A stretch of 63,440 bases of DNA, counting the filler, from Octopus bimaculoides (lineage: Eukaryota), in NCBI RefSeq assembly GCF_001194135.2. It is 7 parts of 7 records of this genome, joined end to end, with 100 filler letters (N's around TTAATTAATTAA, not from the genome) between each part and the next. Parts side by side here need not be neighbours in the genome. Positions count along the whole stretch, not along the records: positions 1 to 12,561 come from NC_068985.1; positions 12,662 to 34,392 come from NC_068988.1; 5 more parts are not named here. The stretch is one strand, 5' to 3'. A program made the translations under genes and the position numbers. Of this stretch, positions 1 through 14,445 are shown piece after piece (the stretch's first letter is position 1; the number at the start of each line of letters is the position of its first letter). The notes beneath the pieces were generated by a model, which was given only the letters and a program-made list of their open reading frames with translations, did no database searches and was not told the origin of the DNA.

Positions 1-29
1 ATATATATGAGAAAGAATAGTTTAATATG

Positions 30-580
30 ATGATACGTTGCGGTAGAGTCATGCGACTTCGTTTGGCATGCATTCTAGGTTATGAGACAAAGAGTGTTGC
101 CCAAAGAGCTGCCTTCCAAGTCTTACTATGTTATCAGCCTCATGTACGCAAACTTGGTCAAGGAATGCACATCTACACTTGGTGGTTAAAAGATGTTACC
201 GAAGGGATATGATACAACATTCCAAGTCATTTTGGATCGATGTTAAGCCTCTTCCGCCTTCTTTTGGTTTTAGGTAAAGGCGATCTCCATCACTGTTTAT
301 GTAGAAATTATGTGTGCTTGTTAGTATTTTTCGGGTTTTCATATCAATGGCTCGGATCTCATCAAGGTTACAATTAAGCAGCCCAAATGTTGGTATCAGT
401 ATTAGCACTGCAAACACATTGTGCGCCACTATTTTATTGAATGCAAAGTGTTCCGAGGTCGGACTTTTCTTTATTATGCTGTAATAGTCTTTAGTGACAC
501 GTGTTTTGCTACACGTGACATTGTAAAATACATTTTCATCCACCACTAGATATCTGTAACATTCTTCGTCAGTTACAGGG
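30..580 (-). mobile_element. R4/Dong-type (RLE) non-LTR retrotransposon fragment, family A: end of RT plus post-RT region
   Basis: Minus frame reads YRYLVVDEN (RT7 YKYLG-like) ... AIDMKTRKILTSTHNFYINSDGDRLYLKPKEGGRGL. Nucleotides 30-250 align by eye with 53830-54013 (catatcccttcggtaacatcttttaaccacc vs catatcccttgggtaacattttttaaccaac). The 5' end abuts (ACAT)n. Confidence 0.8.
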
Positions 581-1822
581 GTGTATGTATGTATGTATGT
601 ATGTATGTATTTATGTACGTGTTTATGTATGTATATATGTATGTATGTATCATGTATGAATGAATGTATGTGTTTATGTGTCAGGCAGAAATGAGGATAC
701 TTCAGCACAAATATTCACTCATAATAAAAGAAGCTGGGAAAGCTTTTCTAAATGTATTTCTTGTTTCTTTCATCAGTGACGTTCGCCTAGCCCCGATCAT
801 GAAGTTTTGAAAACATATCATCTGATCCCCTCGTCGGTGTGTGTGCGTGTGTGTGTGTGCGCGCGCGCGCCCACTTAAGTGGCAATATACTACACTTTAT
901 ATATATATATATATATATTACTATATGAATGTGTGTTTGTAAAATTGGAGATATTTGATCCCTATGCAGCACAGTTGTGTGAACATTATTCTCGCACCGT
1001 ATACAACATCTTAGTTTATGATAAAGAGTTTGTGAAGAGCTGATAACACTTGCAAATACAAAAAGGAAACGTTCAATAAACTTGTAAATAGCATTAACAT
1101 TTTCTGAATATTTCTGCCATATTACAAAGTGTGATAAACATCTACAAACATCTGTGACAGGCTTTTACAGAATTAATTAANNNNNNNNNNNNNNNNNNNN
1201 NNNNNNNNNNNNNNNNNNNNNNNNNNNNNNNNNNNNNNNNNNNNNNNNNNNNNNNNNNNNNNNNNNNNNNNNNNNNNNNNNNNNNNNNNNNNNNNNNNNN
1301 NNNNNNNNNNNNNNNNNNNNNNNNNNNNNNNNNNNNNNNNNNNNNNNNNNNNNNNNNNNNNNNNNNNNNNNNNNNNNNNNNNNNNNNNNNNNNNNNNNNN
1401 NNNNNNNNNNNNNNNNNNNNNNNNNNNNNNNNNNNNNNNNNNNNNNNNNNNNNNNNNNNNNNNNNNNNNNNNNNNNNNNNNNNNNNNNNNNNNNNNNNNN
1501 NNNNNNNNNNNNNNNNNNNNNNNNNNNNNNNNNNNNNNNNNNNNNNNNNNNNNNNNNNNNNNNNNNNNNNNNNNNNNNNNNNNNNNNNNNNNNNNNNNNN
1601 NNNNNNNNNNNNNNNNNNNNNNNNNNNNNNNNNNNNNNNNNNNNNNNNNNNNNNNNNNNNNNNNNNNNNNNNNNNNNNNNNNNNNNNNNNNNNNNNNNNN
1701 NNNNNNNNNNNNNNNNNNNNNNNNNNNNNNNNNNNNNNNNNNNNNNNNNNNNNNNNNNNNNNNNNNNNNNNNNNNNNNNNNNNNNNNNNNNNNNNNNNNN
1801 NNNNNNNNNNNNNNNNNNNNNN

Positions 1823-1860
<38 letters not shown>

Positions 1861-2245
1861 TGTGTGTGTACATTACGCTGATTTAAAATACTTTTATATC
1901 TATAGATTAATATTTCAAAGTAATATGAATCATTATAATCATTCTCTGAGAAGTAATACAATTTTTTAGAATCTTACATTGGTATAAGATATTGTGATAG
2001 AGTGTCTCACAAATTAATTTAAAATACATTGTACAGCGTGTTCACTAGAATTATATATGACAATCGTCGTCTATGAACTTTTCGACTGGCTCCCTCCCCA
2101 AATATTTCGGCCCTGTGCCTAAAACAGAAAATAATTATACGGTCAAACTCACATGTGTTTGTATCTATCGATAATAATCTGTCACGGATTTATTTCCGGT
2201 ATTACAATATAAGAAATTATAAACAACCTGAATTATTACTTAATA

Positions 2246-2641
2246 CAGTAGAATCTCGCACTACGAGTGTCCCATTGTACGCGTAATTTGCTGTACGAGC
2301 CCAGACTTGTGCTATGTTGTGTCTTAAAGTACGAGCGGATATCTGCAGTGCGAGCGCACAAATCGTCCCATCTTTAAAGTAATTCAGCTAAAAAAACACA
2401 GTTTACATATTTCTTTTACATTCTGTTTTTTTAATAATTGCCATTTTACTTGTAACTACACCATTTCTGTTTTAAAACCCATGAAAAATTATTTTTCAGT
2501 GCTTTTGGGGACAGGAACGGATTAATTATGTTTTAGTTAATTTTAGTTAATTTCAACGGGGAAAATCAAGTTTTAAACGAGTAAATCGTAAGACGAGCTC
2601 GGTCATGAAACGAATTAAACTCGTACTGCGCTGTATCACTG
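2246..2641. mobile_element. Tigger/pogo-like MITE (Tc1/mariner superfamily, non-autonomous)
   Basis: Starts TA|CAGTAGAATCTCGCACTACGAG and ends CTCGTACTGCGCTGTATCACTG|TT. These are imperfect ~22-bp TIRs with CAGT termini, with a TA target on the left and a mutated TT on the right. No ORF. Confidence 0.75.
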
Positions 2642-4499
2642 TTCTCTGGCTGTGATTCCTTGGTGACTTATATTCACATTGTGTTTTGGATACAATGTTT
2701 AAAATTTCCAAATGCGTATATATTGCCATAATGACTGCGTAACTGTCACAATAAACTAAAATAGATATTTGTACTTCTAATGGTAAAAGTAACCTCTTGA
2801 TAGATACTCATATACAACGTTACTTGAAGATACGGCTTCGCTAATCTCCGCTTCAAGTACATTATATATGAATTTGTCAACGTGTAAACGTATTTGCAAT
2901 AATGTTGATGCAATGAAAAATGTCATAAAAATACTTTTACAGACGAGAAATATAACTTTACTCTAAAGTAGTTCCAAATTGTTAACACGTAAGTAATGAG
3001 TTTTTTATAACATGTTTGCCAATACGATATCGTGAAATATTCGATCAGCTGATGTCCACTTCCTAATGACATTCAGAGGTATATGGTACTTTAGCAAATG
3101 CATTGATTCGTCGAATGGATATCGTTTGTTAACATATTATTTCACAGCTGGCAACAATTTCCTTCTATAATAAAACATGATGGGATTCACCGTACATCAA
3201 ACAGCAGTCGTACATTTAACTCCATTACAATCTGAGTTGACCAAAAATACCCAAAAATGAAAATGGGGTGATAAGATATGCTTATGTCTTACAATTGCAT
3301 TTCTCGTAGTTAAAAACTTAATATTTCCTGCGCAACTGATAAATACCTATATGTGTCAGTTAACAGCCCTGTTTCTGATAACGTTAAGAAGCTATATATT
3401 CACAAGGAAGTATTCACTATCCGTAATATTTTGTATATATTGTGTGTGGGTTGATGAATAACCACTACTTGAAAGATTCCCCTTCATGTATGTTAAGGTC
3501 CAGTAGATACTAAAGAAGAGCAGTAATAAGTAATAGAATACGGTGTGGTAATAATGTTGTGCATAGTAACTAATTCGATTTTCTGTTAGATGCTGAAGAA
3601 GAATTATTCAGAATTATCTCAATTGTAAGCTACGAGGGAAAATAATTGTCGCGAATGCTGTATAAGTTTTTGTAATCAACTTACTTAACCCTGTTTTGGT
3701 AATTGCAATGTGAAAAGTTTTGGGAACACAAAAAAGAACACAATTTATCATACACGTACGTAAGACAGATATTTACTGCTTTTACTAAAATGATTTTTCT
3801 GGCTTCACAATTGCATTTTATTTTTAAGTCTAAATATTTTTCTCCGAAGCTTGTTGAAAATAGTTGTAAAACAGCATGTAAATTATGTTTGTTACTTTTT
3901 TTGAGTGAGAAAGATTATTTTAGAAATTGTAATTGTTCAGCTTATCTACTTTTTCGTGAAGTTTCCACATTTTTTCTTTCAAATATTTACCAAACGACAC
4001 ACTCGCTTATCAAGTGTAATTTGCTTAAGATATTCTGGAACGAATATATAAATAATTATAAGCATTTATCTCCGAGCTACTCTGAACAACTATTTTATTC
4101 ATTGAAAATTGAATGTAATTTATGTTTACTTCTACTTTTTATGAGCATGGAATTTTTCAAAGAAAACCATAACCGAAATATAACTTACGAACATTCAAAG
4201 AAAATAAATCAGTTTTCGTTGATAGTGTCGCATCATATTCTCAGATGCAGTACTCCAGCGTGGTCACAGCTTCTGGGTAGAATTGAAACTGGAAACAGAA
4301 AAATAAATCTACATGCGTATATTGCGGCAGAAATATAGATCGCTACGTACTCACATTGATATACAGAAACACACGTACACATATGTCTATATATGTATAT
4401 CTGTTTAAGTGTGTTGTAATTAAATTAGAATTGTTGCTTCATAATGTTGCAGAATGGTTCATAATGTTACACAAATACAAATTCAGTTATCGGAACATA

Positions 4500-4752
4500 A
4501 CAACAGGTGTCTTTCGACTAAAGACGCATTAAAGTAAGCTGGTGTGTGTGGAAGGAAAGCCTTACGGCAGGGAATACTGTTGGACAGGCACAGGGAGCAA
4601 TACAGATGTTGCTTGGATGGTATTCAAACGAAGAGAGAAAGTCAGGCTTGGCCGAAAACCGGCCACGTGGGGAGAGAAGAGAAACAGTTAGAGGCAGAGG
4701 GATGGAAGAATGAAGGAAGGCCGAGAAAAAATGAAAGAGACACAGTGAAATA
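4500..4752 (-). mobile_element. Dispersed repeat, probably a decayed Penelope-like element 3' region
   Basis: Aligns by eye with 33700-33950 (aaagtcaggcttggccg...acgtggggagagaagaga...gagaaaaaatg...gacacagtgaa) and with 36540-36560 (gtctttcgactaa). The Penelope assignment rests only on weak similarity to a GIY-YIG C-terminus. Confidence 0.45.
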
Positions 4753-5547
4753 GCAGCTAAAAAGCTGAGACTCCAACAGATAGCATTACTTGTAACTCAC
4801 AAAGGCAAAACAAGAAGAAAAAACAATGAAAACTATCCAGTCGAAGTTAATCATAGACGCCTTACTGGATTAGGAGCGATAACACTCCATTTCCTTCATC
4901 GGTATGATATTCTAGTTGTAAATTCGACGGTGCTTTCTTTACATTGTTGTTCTTCCTCCATATAACCGCCTTATTACATCGTGTCTAATCTTCTTTTCCT
5001 TCAATATTCATCATGTAATTTTTTTTTATGCACATCAACTTTTCTAAATTTAATTATATCTCTAATTCTTACTCTCAATACGTCTTCAATTATACTTCAA
5101 CGTCTGTGTATATACATGAATACAGACACATATGTAAGTGTAAACATTGATATAATTTATATGCATACATACTTGGAGATTTCTTGTGAATTGTTCTGTT
5201 TGAACTAGCGTAAATTAAATAGGTAGGCATTACAATTTATTATGCTGGTATAGTGACATTTCATTGTTTGTTAATTCTAATACCACTACAATATGTTCAG
5301 ATGTAACTTTAATTATGCTCAAATGATTCAATAATTGACATCCAACTTTGTTTTCTTTTTACTTCTTAGATTCCGACTATTCTACACTCTAGACAGTAAT
5401 ATTCTAATTTGTAAAATGAAACAAATTATTACTTTAACACCTACAAATTATTGTGCTCATTCATAGTTGAAAACTAATTAAAGACACATTTATATACATT
5501 CTCACGCACACAAATGCACATAACCATTTACTTACACAAACATATAT

Positions 5548-5604
<57 letters not shown>

Positions 5605-8204
5605 AAAGTATATAAAAGTATATAAAAGTATATATATATATATATATATACATATATATATACATATATATGTATGTATGTATATATATGTATATGTATT
5701 TATATATACATATATATACATACATATANNNNNNNNNNNNNNNNNNNNNNNNNNNNNNNNNNNNNNNNNNNNNNNNNNNNNNNNNNNNNNNNNNNNNNNN
5801 NNNNNNNNNNNNNNNNNNNNNNNNNNNNNNNNNNNNNNNNNNNNNNNNNNNNNNNNNNNNNNNNNNNNNNNNNNNNNNNNNNNNNNNNNNNNNNNNNNNN
5901 NNNNNNNNNNNNNNNNNNNNNNNNNNNNNNNNNNNNNNNNNNNNNNNNNNNNNNNNNNNNNNNNNNNNNNNNNNNNNNNNNNNNNNNNNNNNNNNNNNNN
6001 NNNNNNNNNNNNNNNNNNNNNNNNNNNNNNNNNNNNNNNNNNNNNNNNNNNNNNNNNNNNNNNNNNNNNNNNNNNNNNNNNNNNNNNNNNNNNNNNNNNN
6101 NNNNNNNNNNNNNNNNNNNNNNNNNNNNNNNNNNNNNNNNNNNNNNNNNNNNNNNNNNNNNNNNNNNNNNNNNNNNNNNNNNNNNNNNNNNNNNNNNNNN
6201 NNNNNNNNNNNNNNNNNNNNNNNNNNNNNNNNNNNNNNNNNNNNNNNNNNNNNNNNNNNNNNNNNNNNNNNNNNNNNNNNNNNNNNNNNNNNNNNNNNNN
6301 NNNNNNNNNNNNNNNNNNNNNNNNNNNNNNNNNNNNNNNNNNNNNNNNNNNNNNNNNNNNNNNNTGTGCGTTACTCATGTATTTATAGAGCCCATCAATA
6401 TGTCTGTCTTCTTTATTTTCACCATTCTGTCTCACTTGTTTCTGCTTTCCTTAATCCTCTTTCTATCTGTCTGACGTATTTTTTTCTCTAGAGAGTAAAA
6501 GGAGGTACAGATATTTTATATTGAGGAAAAATAGGCAGTCACAATTTCAGATAATTCTTTCTTAGCGCTTTCGTTCGTTTTCGAACTCGTCAAGACAAAA
6601 TGAAACCCAAAATGGTAGAACCTGAACGTTTCGCTGTTCATTTGTGCGAACTTGATGCTTTGTTTGCTTTGTTTACAACAGGGGAATATTGATTTTGTTT
6701 GTTGTTATACCAACACAAAGGCTTGAACATGATAACGCTTCCGGTTACTTTAGATCAGAAATCATGAAAGCCGCCACTTCCTGGTTATTATTGTTATTAT
6801 CATCATTTTTGTTGTTGTTATTTTGCCTACGTGCATCTTCTATTCTTCCCGGATTTGATATTTACGTGGTTACATTCCTGTGGTGTACCGTATTTCGTTG
6901 TTCCTTATTCCACTTAACCTTTTATAATATACGCGTCTTAAGAATCCAACAGTTGAGCTGTCGCTATGATGCGGTTGATGCAGTTTTTGCACATGGATTG
7001 AAGGTAAAACGCAAGTAATAGTGAACCATTTCAGAATTTCATTTTTCCTTTTAACATTTTGCCAGTAATTAGACTGCAGCCCTGCTGGGACATCACCTTG
7101 CAGGATTTATGACGATCGAATCGACCTTGTACATCTTTTTTTTTTTATCTGGTACTATGAGACTCATTTCGCCGAAACATAAATCCAAGGGAGGTAAACA
7201 CATGAAGACCAGTTTCCAAGTGGAGTTGTGGCATAAGCACACACGCACACGCGCGCGCGCACATACACACACACGCACACGCGCACACACTCACACACGC
7301 ACACACACATGCACCCACACCAACACACACACACAATGGGCATCTTTCAGTTTCCATCCACTCAGAAGTGTCACGCAGTAGTACGAACCCGGAACAAGGT
7401 AGTAGATACGTAAGTTTCTTACAACACACCCACGCTTAGTCCTAATCAATTTTTTCCAACTACCTGTAGTATACTGCATATAGTATATGAGATAATGAGA
7501 GATACTAAATTATTCACTACAGTGCAAGATATTGTGAATTTTCTATACTCACAATTTATTGCATAGATGTTTCTTCAGCATGGATTCTATTTCACGCTTC
7601 ATAGTATCAGGGGAATAACATAGCCGCAGTTATTTTTGCGCAGATATTTAATTCACATACACACATCTGATGTAAGTTGAGGTCTCTAATCTAATGAATA
7701 TTTTCTGTAATTGCATGAGGTAGTTCAGAATATCATACACAGAAAATGGAAATTAGATGAAATCTTATACTTTCCGTATAAACTTTAGGTTGTTCTGTTT
7801 TTCCATACTTTCATTGTATCTACTGTATGTGATATATCAAACAGAGACAGCTGCGGCAGACCATTTTATGATTTAATTAAGTAATTTGGAAGATAAAAGT
7901 CGATGATTAAAGAAACATTTCTGCAAAACCAATTTTTGGTATAAACAAAGTATGTGAAATATGAAATAGAGGTGACAGAAGGAAGAAAAATAAAACACGT
8001 AAACCTGTCTCTTAGACTCATTGAACTTACTCATTATAACAAAATATATATCCACATATCCACATTGATATGCAATTTATGAATGATCTTTACGTACATC
8101 CATAAATAAATGAATCAATATATTGCTGGATAAATATATTTTCTTTCTCGGTTAACACCGCTACCGATGGTTTTATGTGCCGGGGAATCGATCAAAATAA
8201 GAAA

Positions 8205-8253
<49 letters not shown>

Positions 8254-8680
8254 GGTGTGTGCGTGTGTGTGTGTATATAGGTATATANNNNNNNNNNNNN
8301 NNNNNNNNNNNNNNNNNNNNNNNNNNNNNNNNNNNNNNNNNNNNNNNNNNNNNNNNNNNNNNNNNNNNNNNNNNNNNNNNNNNNNNNNNNNNNNNNNNNN
8401 NNNNNNNNNNNNNNNNNNNNNNNNNNNNNNNNNNNNNNNNNNNNNNNNNNNNNNNNNNNNNNNNNNNNNNNNNNNNNNNNNNNNNNNNNNNNNNNNNNNN
8501 NNNNNNNNNNNNNNNNNNNNNNNNNNNNNNNNNNNNNNNNNNNNNNNNNNNNNNNNNNNNNNNNNNNNNNNNNNNNNNNNNNNNNNNNNNNNNATATATA
8601 TATATATATATATATATAATAATAATAATGTTACACCGACTGAGAGCATGTATCGCTGCCACGTAATGTTCTGTTGACAC

Positions 8681-8920
8681 TTGTTTCAGCCACTTCCTCC
8701 ACACTCACCAAATTTAGCGCCTTCAGAATATCGTCTCTGCGGCACCACAAAAGAGTGTTTGAGAGACAAACATTACTCCAGTGAACAGGAAGTGGTGAAA
8801 ACTGTAGTCAAGACGTCGCTGAAAGTACAATCAACAGAATTTTACGGGACAAGGATACACGCTCTCCTTCGAAGGTAGAACATTGCTATTGAGGGAAACT
8901 CTGACTATGTTGAGGAGTAG
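8681..8920 (+). mobile_element. mariner transposase C-terminal remnant
   Basis: PPHSPNLAPSEYRL matches the YSPDLAPSDY motif carrying the third catalytic Asp. It is followed by ...IHALLRR*NIAIEGNSDYVEE*, where a conserved Trp has become a stop. Confidence 0.85.
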
Positions 8921-9459
8921 AGATGTGTTCCACAGAAGATCAGCTCCAATTTGATGTATGATACATGTTCTTGTGTTGGTAATTATACCTGTCCTGAATA
9001 AAATGGCATTAGTTTTGTTTTTGTCTTAGGTTTCAAATACTTTCATATGTTGCGAAAACTCAACCATATTCATCATATGTTTGGAATATCTAAATTGCTC
9101 TCTATTTTCTCACACACGGCGGACATGCGGTGTTTTGATAACTTTCAAAGTCTATAAATAACTTATCAAATTAGTGGCCTTACTTTTGTGTCTAAGCCGG
9201 AGGGAAGTTATGTGTTTGGCAGAGCGATTTTTATATTCACTTTCACATAATCCAGTATAGGTCTTCTTATCTGTCGTGTCATTATTCAGGGCTGCAGTAA
9301 CTTCTGCCTTATGTATCATTTGAAGATTATGAGTTTTCAAGAAATACGAAACTATTAGTAGCGCTTCAATACAGGAATTGTGACCTTTAAATAAATAATA
9401 TGTATCGCTTACCAGATGAAGTACGTTTTTGTTATTGCATCTCCCATCACGGATCAGTA

Positions 9460-9495
<36 letters not shown>

Positions 9496-9989
9496 NNNNN
9501 NNNNNNNNNNNNNNNNNNNNNNNNNNNNNNNNNNNNNNNNNNNNNNNNNNNNNNNNNNNNNNNNNNNNNNNNNNNNNNNNNNNNNNNNNNNNNNNNNNNN
9601 NNNNNNNNNNNNNNNNNNNNNNNNNNNNNNNNNNNNNNNNNNNNNNNNNNNNNNNNNNNNNNNNNNNNNNNNNNNNNNNNNNNNNNNNNNNNNNNNNNNN
9701 NNNNNNNNNNNNNNNNNNNNNNNNNNNNNNNNNNNNNNNNNNNNNNNNNNNNNNNNNNNNNNNNNNNNNNNNNNNNNNNNNNNNNNNNNNNNNNNNNNNN
9801 NNNNNNNNNNNNNNNNNNNNNNNNNNNNNNNNNNNNNNNNNNNNNNNNNNNNNNNNNNNNNNNNNNNNNNNNNNNNNNNNNNNNNNNNNNNNNNNNNNNN
9901 NNNNNNNNNNNNNNNNNNNNNNNNNNNNNNNNNNATATATATATATATATATGTATGTATATATGTATATATGTATGTATGTATGTATG

Positions 9990-10024
<35 letters not shown>

Positions 10025-12561
10025 GTATATATATATGCGTGGCGTTGCATTTGGCTGGCTCAGGTGACATTCTAGTTCCACAATCAATTTACCAAGATGT
10101 ATGATTTCCACCAAAATATAAGGTAGCTAGAATGAATGATCTTCCTGCGATCGCACCAATGGTAAAAAAATCCTGTTGGATAGGCTGCATTAACTGCTTA
10201 CAAAACATGGGAGTTAACACGTTGTATTATCCCACAATAAGAAAAACAAATTTTGCCATTATATTATAATTATTGTAAATATTTCATATATTTTCTTTGG
10301 TATTTTACTCATTTCTCCACACTCATGATCTTCTGAAGAAAGATGATACCTACAGTATTTTGTCAGTTGTAATTCCCATATCTGTAAGTGTTGATAATGA
10401 AGAATCACTCTCGTATATATATTAAAATAGACGATATGAGAGTGGATTTTATTGCCTAAGTACGATTGTTAGCCACCTTATATTTCTTTGCGAGCAGATA
10501 AGGGAATAATCTTATATTCTAATATGAACTTATTCCTATTCTTATGACAAAAATCTTATATTCAATTATCCTCTTACTCCTGTTTCTTTTCAGTAATAGA
10601 ATCATTGACAGTTGTCAAAAAATAGTGAAGAATTGCCACGGGTAATTTGACACGAGTGTCAATATATATGATTCAGATTAAATGCCATTTCTCAATAATT
10701 AATTGGAAGATACAGGAATTGTGAATACGAGTAGACTATTAACTTCGTAACCTCAGTCGAAAATATATATTAAATTGAAGATTTTACAAGATATGATCAC
10801 TCTCTCTTTTCCTCTCCCCCCACCACTCTCTCTATTTATGTAATCATCTTTGTATCTATCTAACGACCTCTTTCTGCTTATCTATCTATCCATCTGTCTC
10901 TCTGTACCTCTGCTTACCAACATTTTACCTACCAATATTTTCAATATGTGCATATCATCGAAAGAAAAATCGAAAAGGAACATGACGATGTTAAACAGAC
11001 AGGCAACATTCCGTTCCGTAAATTTACACTGAGCAAAACTTACTCTTAAAATTATCATTTCATTTAGTCTATTATAGACGGCAATGTATCTGTTTCACGA
11101 TCAATTTTATAATAGGCTAGACTATAGTCGGTAAATTAAGCAAACGATTCTAGGTACAGCATGTCTTTGAAACCGTAAGAATCTTAAGGAATTACAGATT
11201 TTTACCATTTAGTATTTTTTCTCTACAAAAGTTGAAACATTAGGAATGAATGACAGGAAGACAACCCCCCTGGCGGTTTTCTGCTGCCTGCTGTTTTTGC
11301 GCATATTGATATTATATATACATGTAGGTATGATACATAAATCATAATGCAAATTGATACTATGCACATGAATAGTATATTCAGTAATCAGTAACATTAT
11401 CCATGATACATTTAAAAAACACGATAATTGGGAAAGTATTGCGACTATCATGGCAAAATGTTCATGAATTTTCACTTAAGGAAATTTGAAAAGAGATTCT
11501 CTGGAGGGGAATTAATGAAGTACAATTACCGATGTGAAGAGCAGAGTTTTGCCATATTGTTTCATTATATTCACTTATAGACGTCTTAAATGTTTCTAGT
11601 GTCGCTTTCCTAGCAATAAAAAGAAGACCTAAACACATTTCAATTAAATGAGAGTAATGAGTGTCTCACATCACTCTAGAATTTCTCTGGGGACACAATT
11701 GTCAGCAAAGGGACCCTTTTCATTTATCTGGGTTAATATTTTTGTATTTTCTTTTCTTGAAGCTCTTGATAATAACTGATCTTGTGCGAAGAATTGTGAC
11801 GGGAGATGATATTATTCGCTAAATAATTTGAATCTGGTAGCCCAGCATGACCGCAGGCGAACGCAATTTGAAAACCTTATTCTATAGATAAGGATTGGTG
11901 CTTTTGCACTGTAATACAGTTAAAAATAATTTAATCCTCTTTTTTTTTGGCTTTATTTTTTGCGATGAAAAGAAATTTGTTTACATATGGAGTACAAACG
12001 GATGTTAACATTTAAAGCAGAAGCGAATATTGTAATATCAAGCATTATAATTGATGTTTAATATACAAATAAATTTTATAGTTTAATATTTATTAATATT
12101 CATTTATATTTTCTTCGAAATAATATGACATTTTTTAATAAGGTGGGAAAAATTGACAGTGTTCCGCACTTCTTCAATCATTATATTATAGACATATTGA
12201 TGCATTCAGCAGAGTGTGCTAATCATATATGGTGCTAGTTTGGTTTACTAGTGAATTCTTTTACAGTTTTGAATTATATACTTCCAAACTAATTTTAAGC
12301 GTTTTTATTTTTTACATGGTTTAATGGTTCGTCTACAGCCGTGCTGGACCAGCGGTTTTACGATTTTTCAGAAGAATGGATGGTCACAAGTACGTTTTGT
12401 TAAAGCTTAGTACTCATTGGATGAGTGATATTGTTAAACAACTTGGTTACGATGACATACACAAAGCAGTACAATTTGTCAAGCAGTTGTTGTTGACAAA
12501 CACATACTCAATGACACACATAGAATCAGATATGCACACATACAGATATGTATGTATGTAT

Positions 12562-12661
12562 NNNNNNNNNNNNNNNNNNNNNNNNNNNNNNNNNNNNNNN
12601 NNNNNTTAATTAATTAANNNNNNNNNNNNNNNNNNNNNNNNNNNNNNNNNNNNNNNNNNNN
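12562..12661. other. Synthetic scaffold-joining spacer (44N-TTAATTAATTAA-44N)
   Basis: The identical 100-nt structure recurs at 34393-34492, 44497-44596, 54014-54113, 59611-59710 and 61969-62068. The 12-mer is self-complementary and places TAA in all six frames. Confidence 0.97.
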
Positions 12662-12697
<36 letters not shown>

Positions 12698-12742
12698 CAT
12701 ATATGTATACACACACAGACATACACACACAGACACACACAC

Positions 12743-12781
<39 letters not shown>

Positions 12782-13008
12782 CATGTATGCACATCTGTAT
12801 GCATGCTTGCATCTATGTACATGCATGCCGCATATGTAAATATTTACGCGGATTCAAATGTGAGCAAATAGATACCTGCGTACGTTTGTTATACATTTTT
12901 CGTTGAAAGGTACAGAGAAGAAGAGCGCCAAAGGAAGGTGGAGTACGGATTTACTTCACTAAGACCTGCAGGAACAGAAATACACATACACACGCACACG
13001 CACATACA

Positions 13009-13047
<39 letters not shown>

Positions 13048-13700
13048 ACACATACAAACACACATACACGCACATATATATATATATATACACACAAACA
13101 ATTATACGTTTGAACAACAAGGAAATATTCTGATATTGTGTGAATCAATGTAATTTATCCATCAAATACACACACCACACTATGACCGAAAATAAGGATG
13201 AGAGAGAGTGAGTGAGAGTGAGTGAGAGAGAAAGAGTGAGTGAGTGAGAGAGTGAGTGAGAGAGAAGGAGAGTGAGTGAGAGAGTGAGTGAGAGTTCATG
13301 ACTTTTATGCAACTTTGAGAAATGAATTTTGTTTAATGTTGCCTGTATAAAATTAGAAGATATGGTAAGTGACATCTTCATCACCCTTTTAATACATGAA
13401 TCGACCTCTTATCTGTGTGTATTCTTGCCACTGACATATATCGTAGGAGCATGATAATAAAAATAAGCAAGTATAAAGTGGCGCCTCTTGTTGTGAAGTA
13501 CAAGCAGACAGCAGGAAACTGACGTCCTCCCTAATCGAAATATTAGCCATCTGTATGTAAATACGATAGGAAGACCATCGGAATATGCATATATTGAATG
13601 AGAGACAACTCGAATGTGAAGCATGAAAATTAGAATAAATCTTGTAACAAGCAATAGCTTCCTGTAGTTCTGAGAAAGCACGCAATGAAATAAGACTACT

Positions 13701-13701
13701 C

Positions 13702-13743
<42 letters not shown>

Positions 13744-13762
13744 AATAATGATGATTATGATG

Positions 13763-13820
<58 letters not shown>

Positions 13821-13940
13821 GAAGAAGAAGAAGAAGAAGAAGAAGACGAAGAAGAAGAAGAAGAAGAAGCAGAAGAAGAAGAAGAAGAAGAAGAAGAAGA
13901 AGAAGAAGAAGAAGAAGAAGAAGAAGAAGAAGAAGAAGAA
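13701..13940. repeat. Compound (AAT)n-(AAG)n microsatellite
   Basis: Read directly from the sequence; it accounts for the poly-I/poly-R ORF at 13748-13948. Confidence 0.95.
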
Positions 13941-13997
13941 GGTTATGATCAACGAAAACGCCAACGATAATAACAATAGCAACGGGTTACAGCATAT

Positions 13998-14445
13998 ATT
14001 CTGCTGAATGCCACAGATTTGCTTCTCGGTTGTTTGATCTTAACCCGTTGAACATGTTCCTTGGTGGTTGATCTTAACCAGTTGAACATGGATCGTCGTG
14101 GCTGCATCACTGATAGCGAGCGTAAGTAGTGAGGGATTCATTATAACTATGTGTTGAGACGAATTCTTAGGGGTTTATATCATTCACATCTGGAAAAATG
14201 GATGTTTCGTTCAACATCTTTAAACAACCCCTATTCAGTGAATTTTTGTGCGGGATAGGCTACTGGACCTGAAGAAAATACTAACTGTGTCCCACTTGAA
14301 AGATCATGCGCTGTTTATCTTGGTATGAAATCCCCATATCTCGCACATATTGCTGTGATACATATGACTTAACTCGAGGGTAGTCATGATGGGTATACTG
14401 GGCTTCGTATATTTTAACCTAGTGTCACCTTGATGGCATGCATTG
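13998..14445 (+). mobile_element. ~450-nt interspersed repeat (retroposon 3'-end-like), copy 1
   Basis: attctgctgaatgccacagatttgct...tcatgatgggtatactgggcttcgtat; homologous to the reverse complement of 14446-14840. Contains a short internal duplication (ttgatcttaacc[c/a]gttgaacatg). Confidence 0.75.

Noticed and set aside
7716-7740. let-7-like TGAGGTAGT
   Set aside because: Only 9 nt match, and there is no hairpin partner.
12910-12990. Possible exon YREEERQRKVEYGFTSLRPAG after a pyrimidine-rich AG
   Set aside because: No donor site, the frame runs into (CA)n, and I recognise no homologue.
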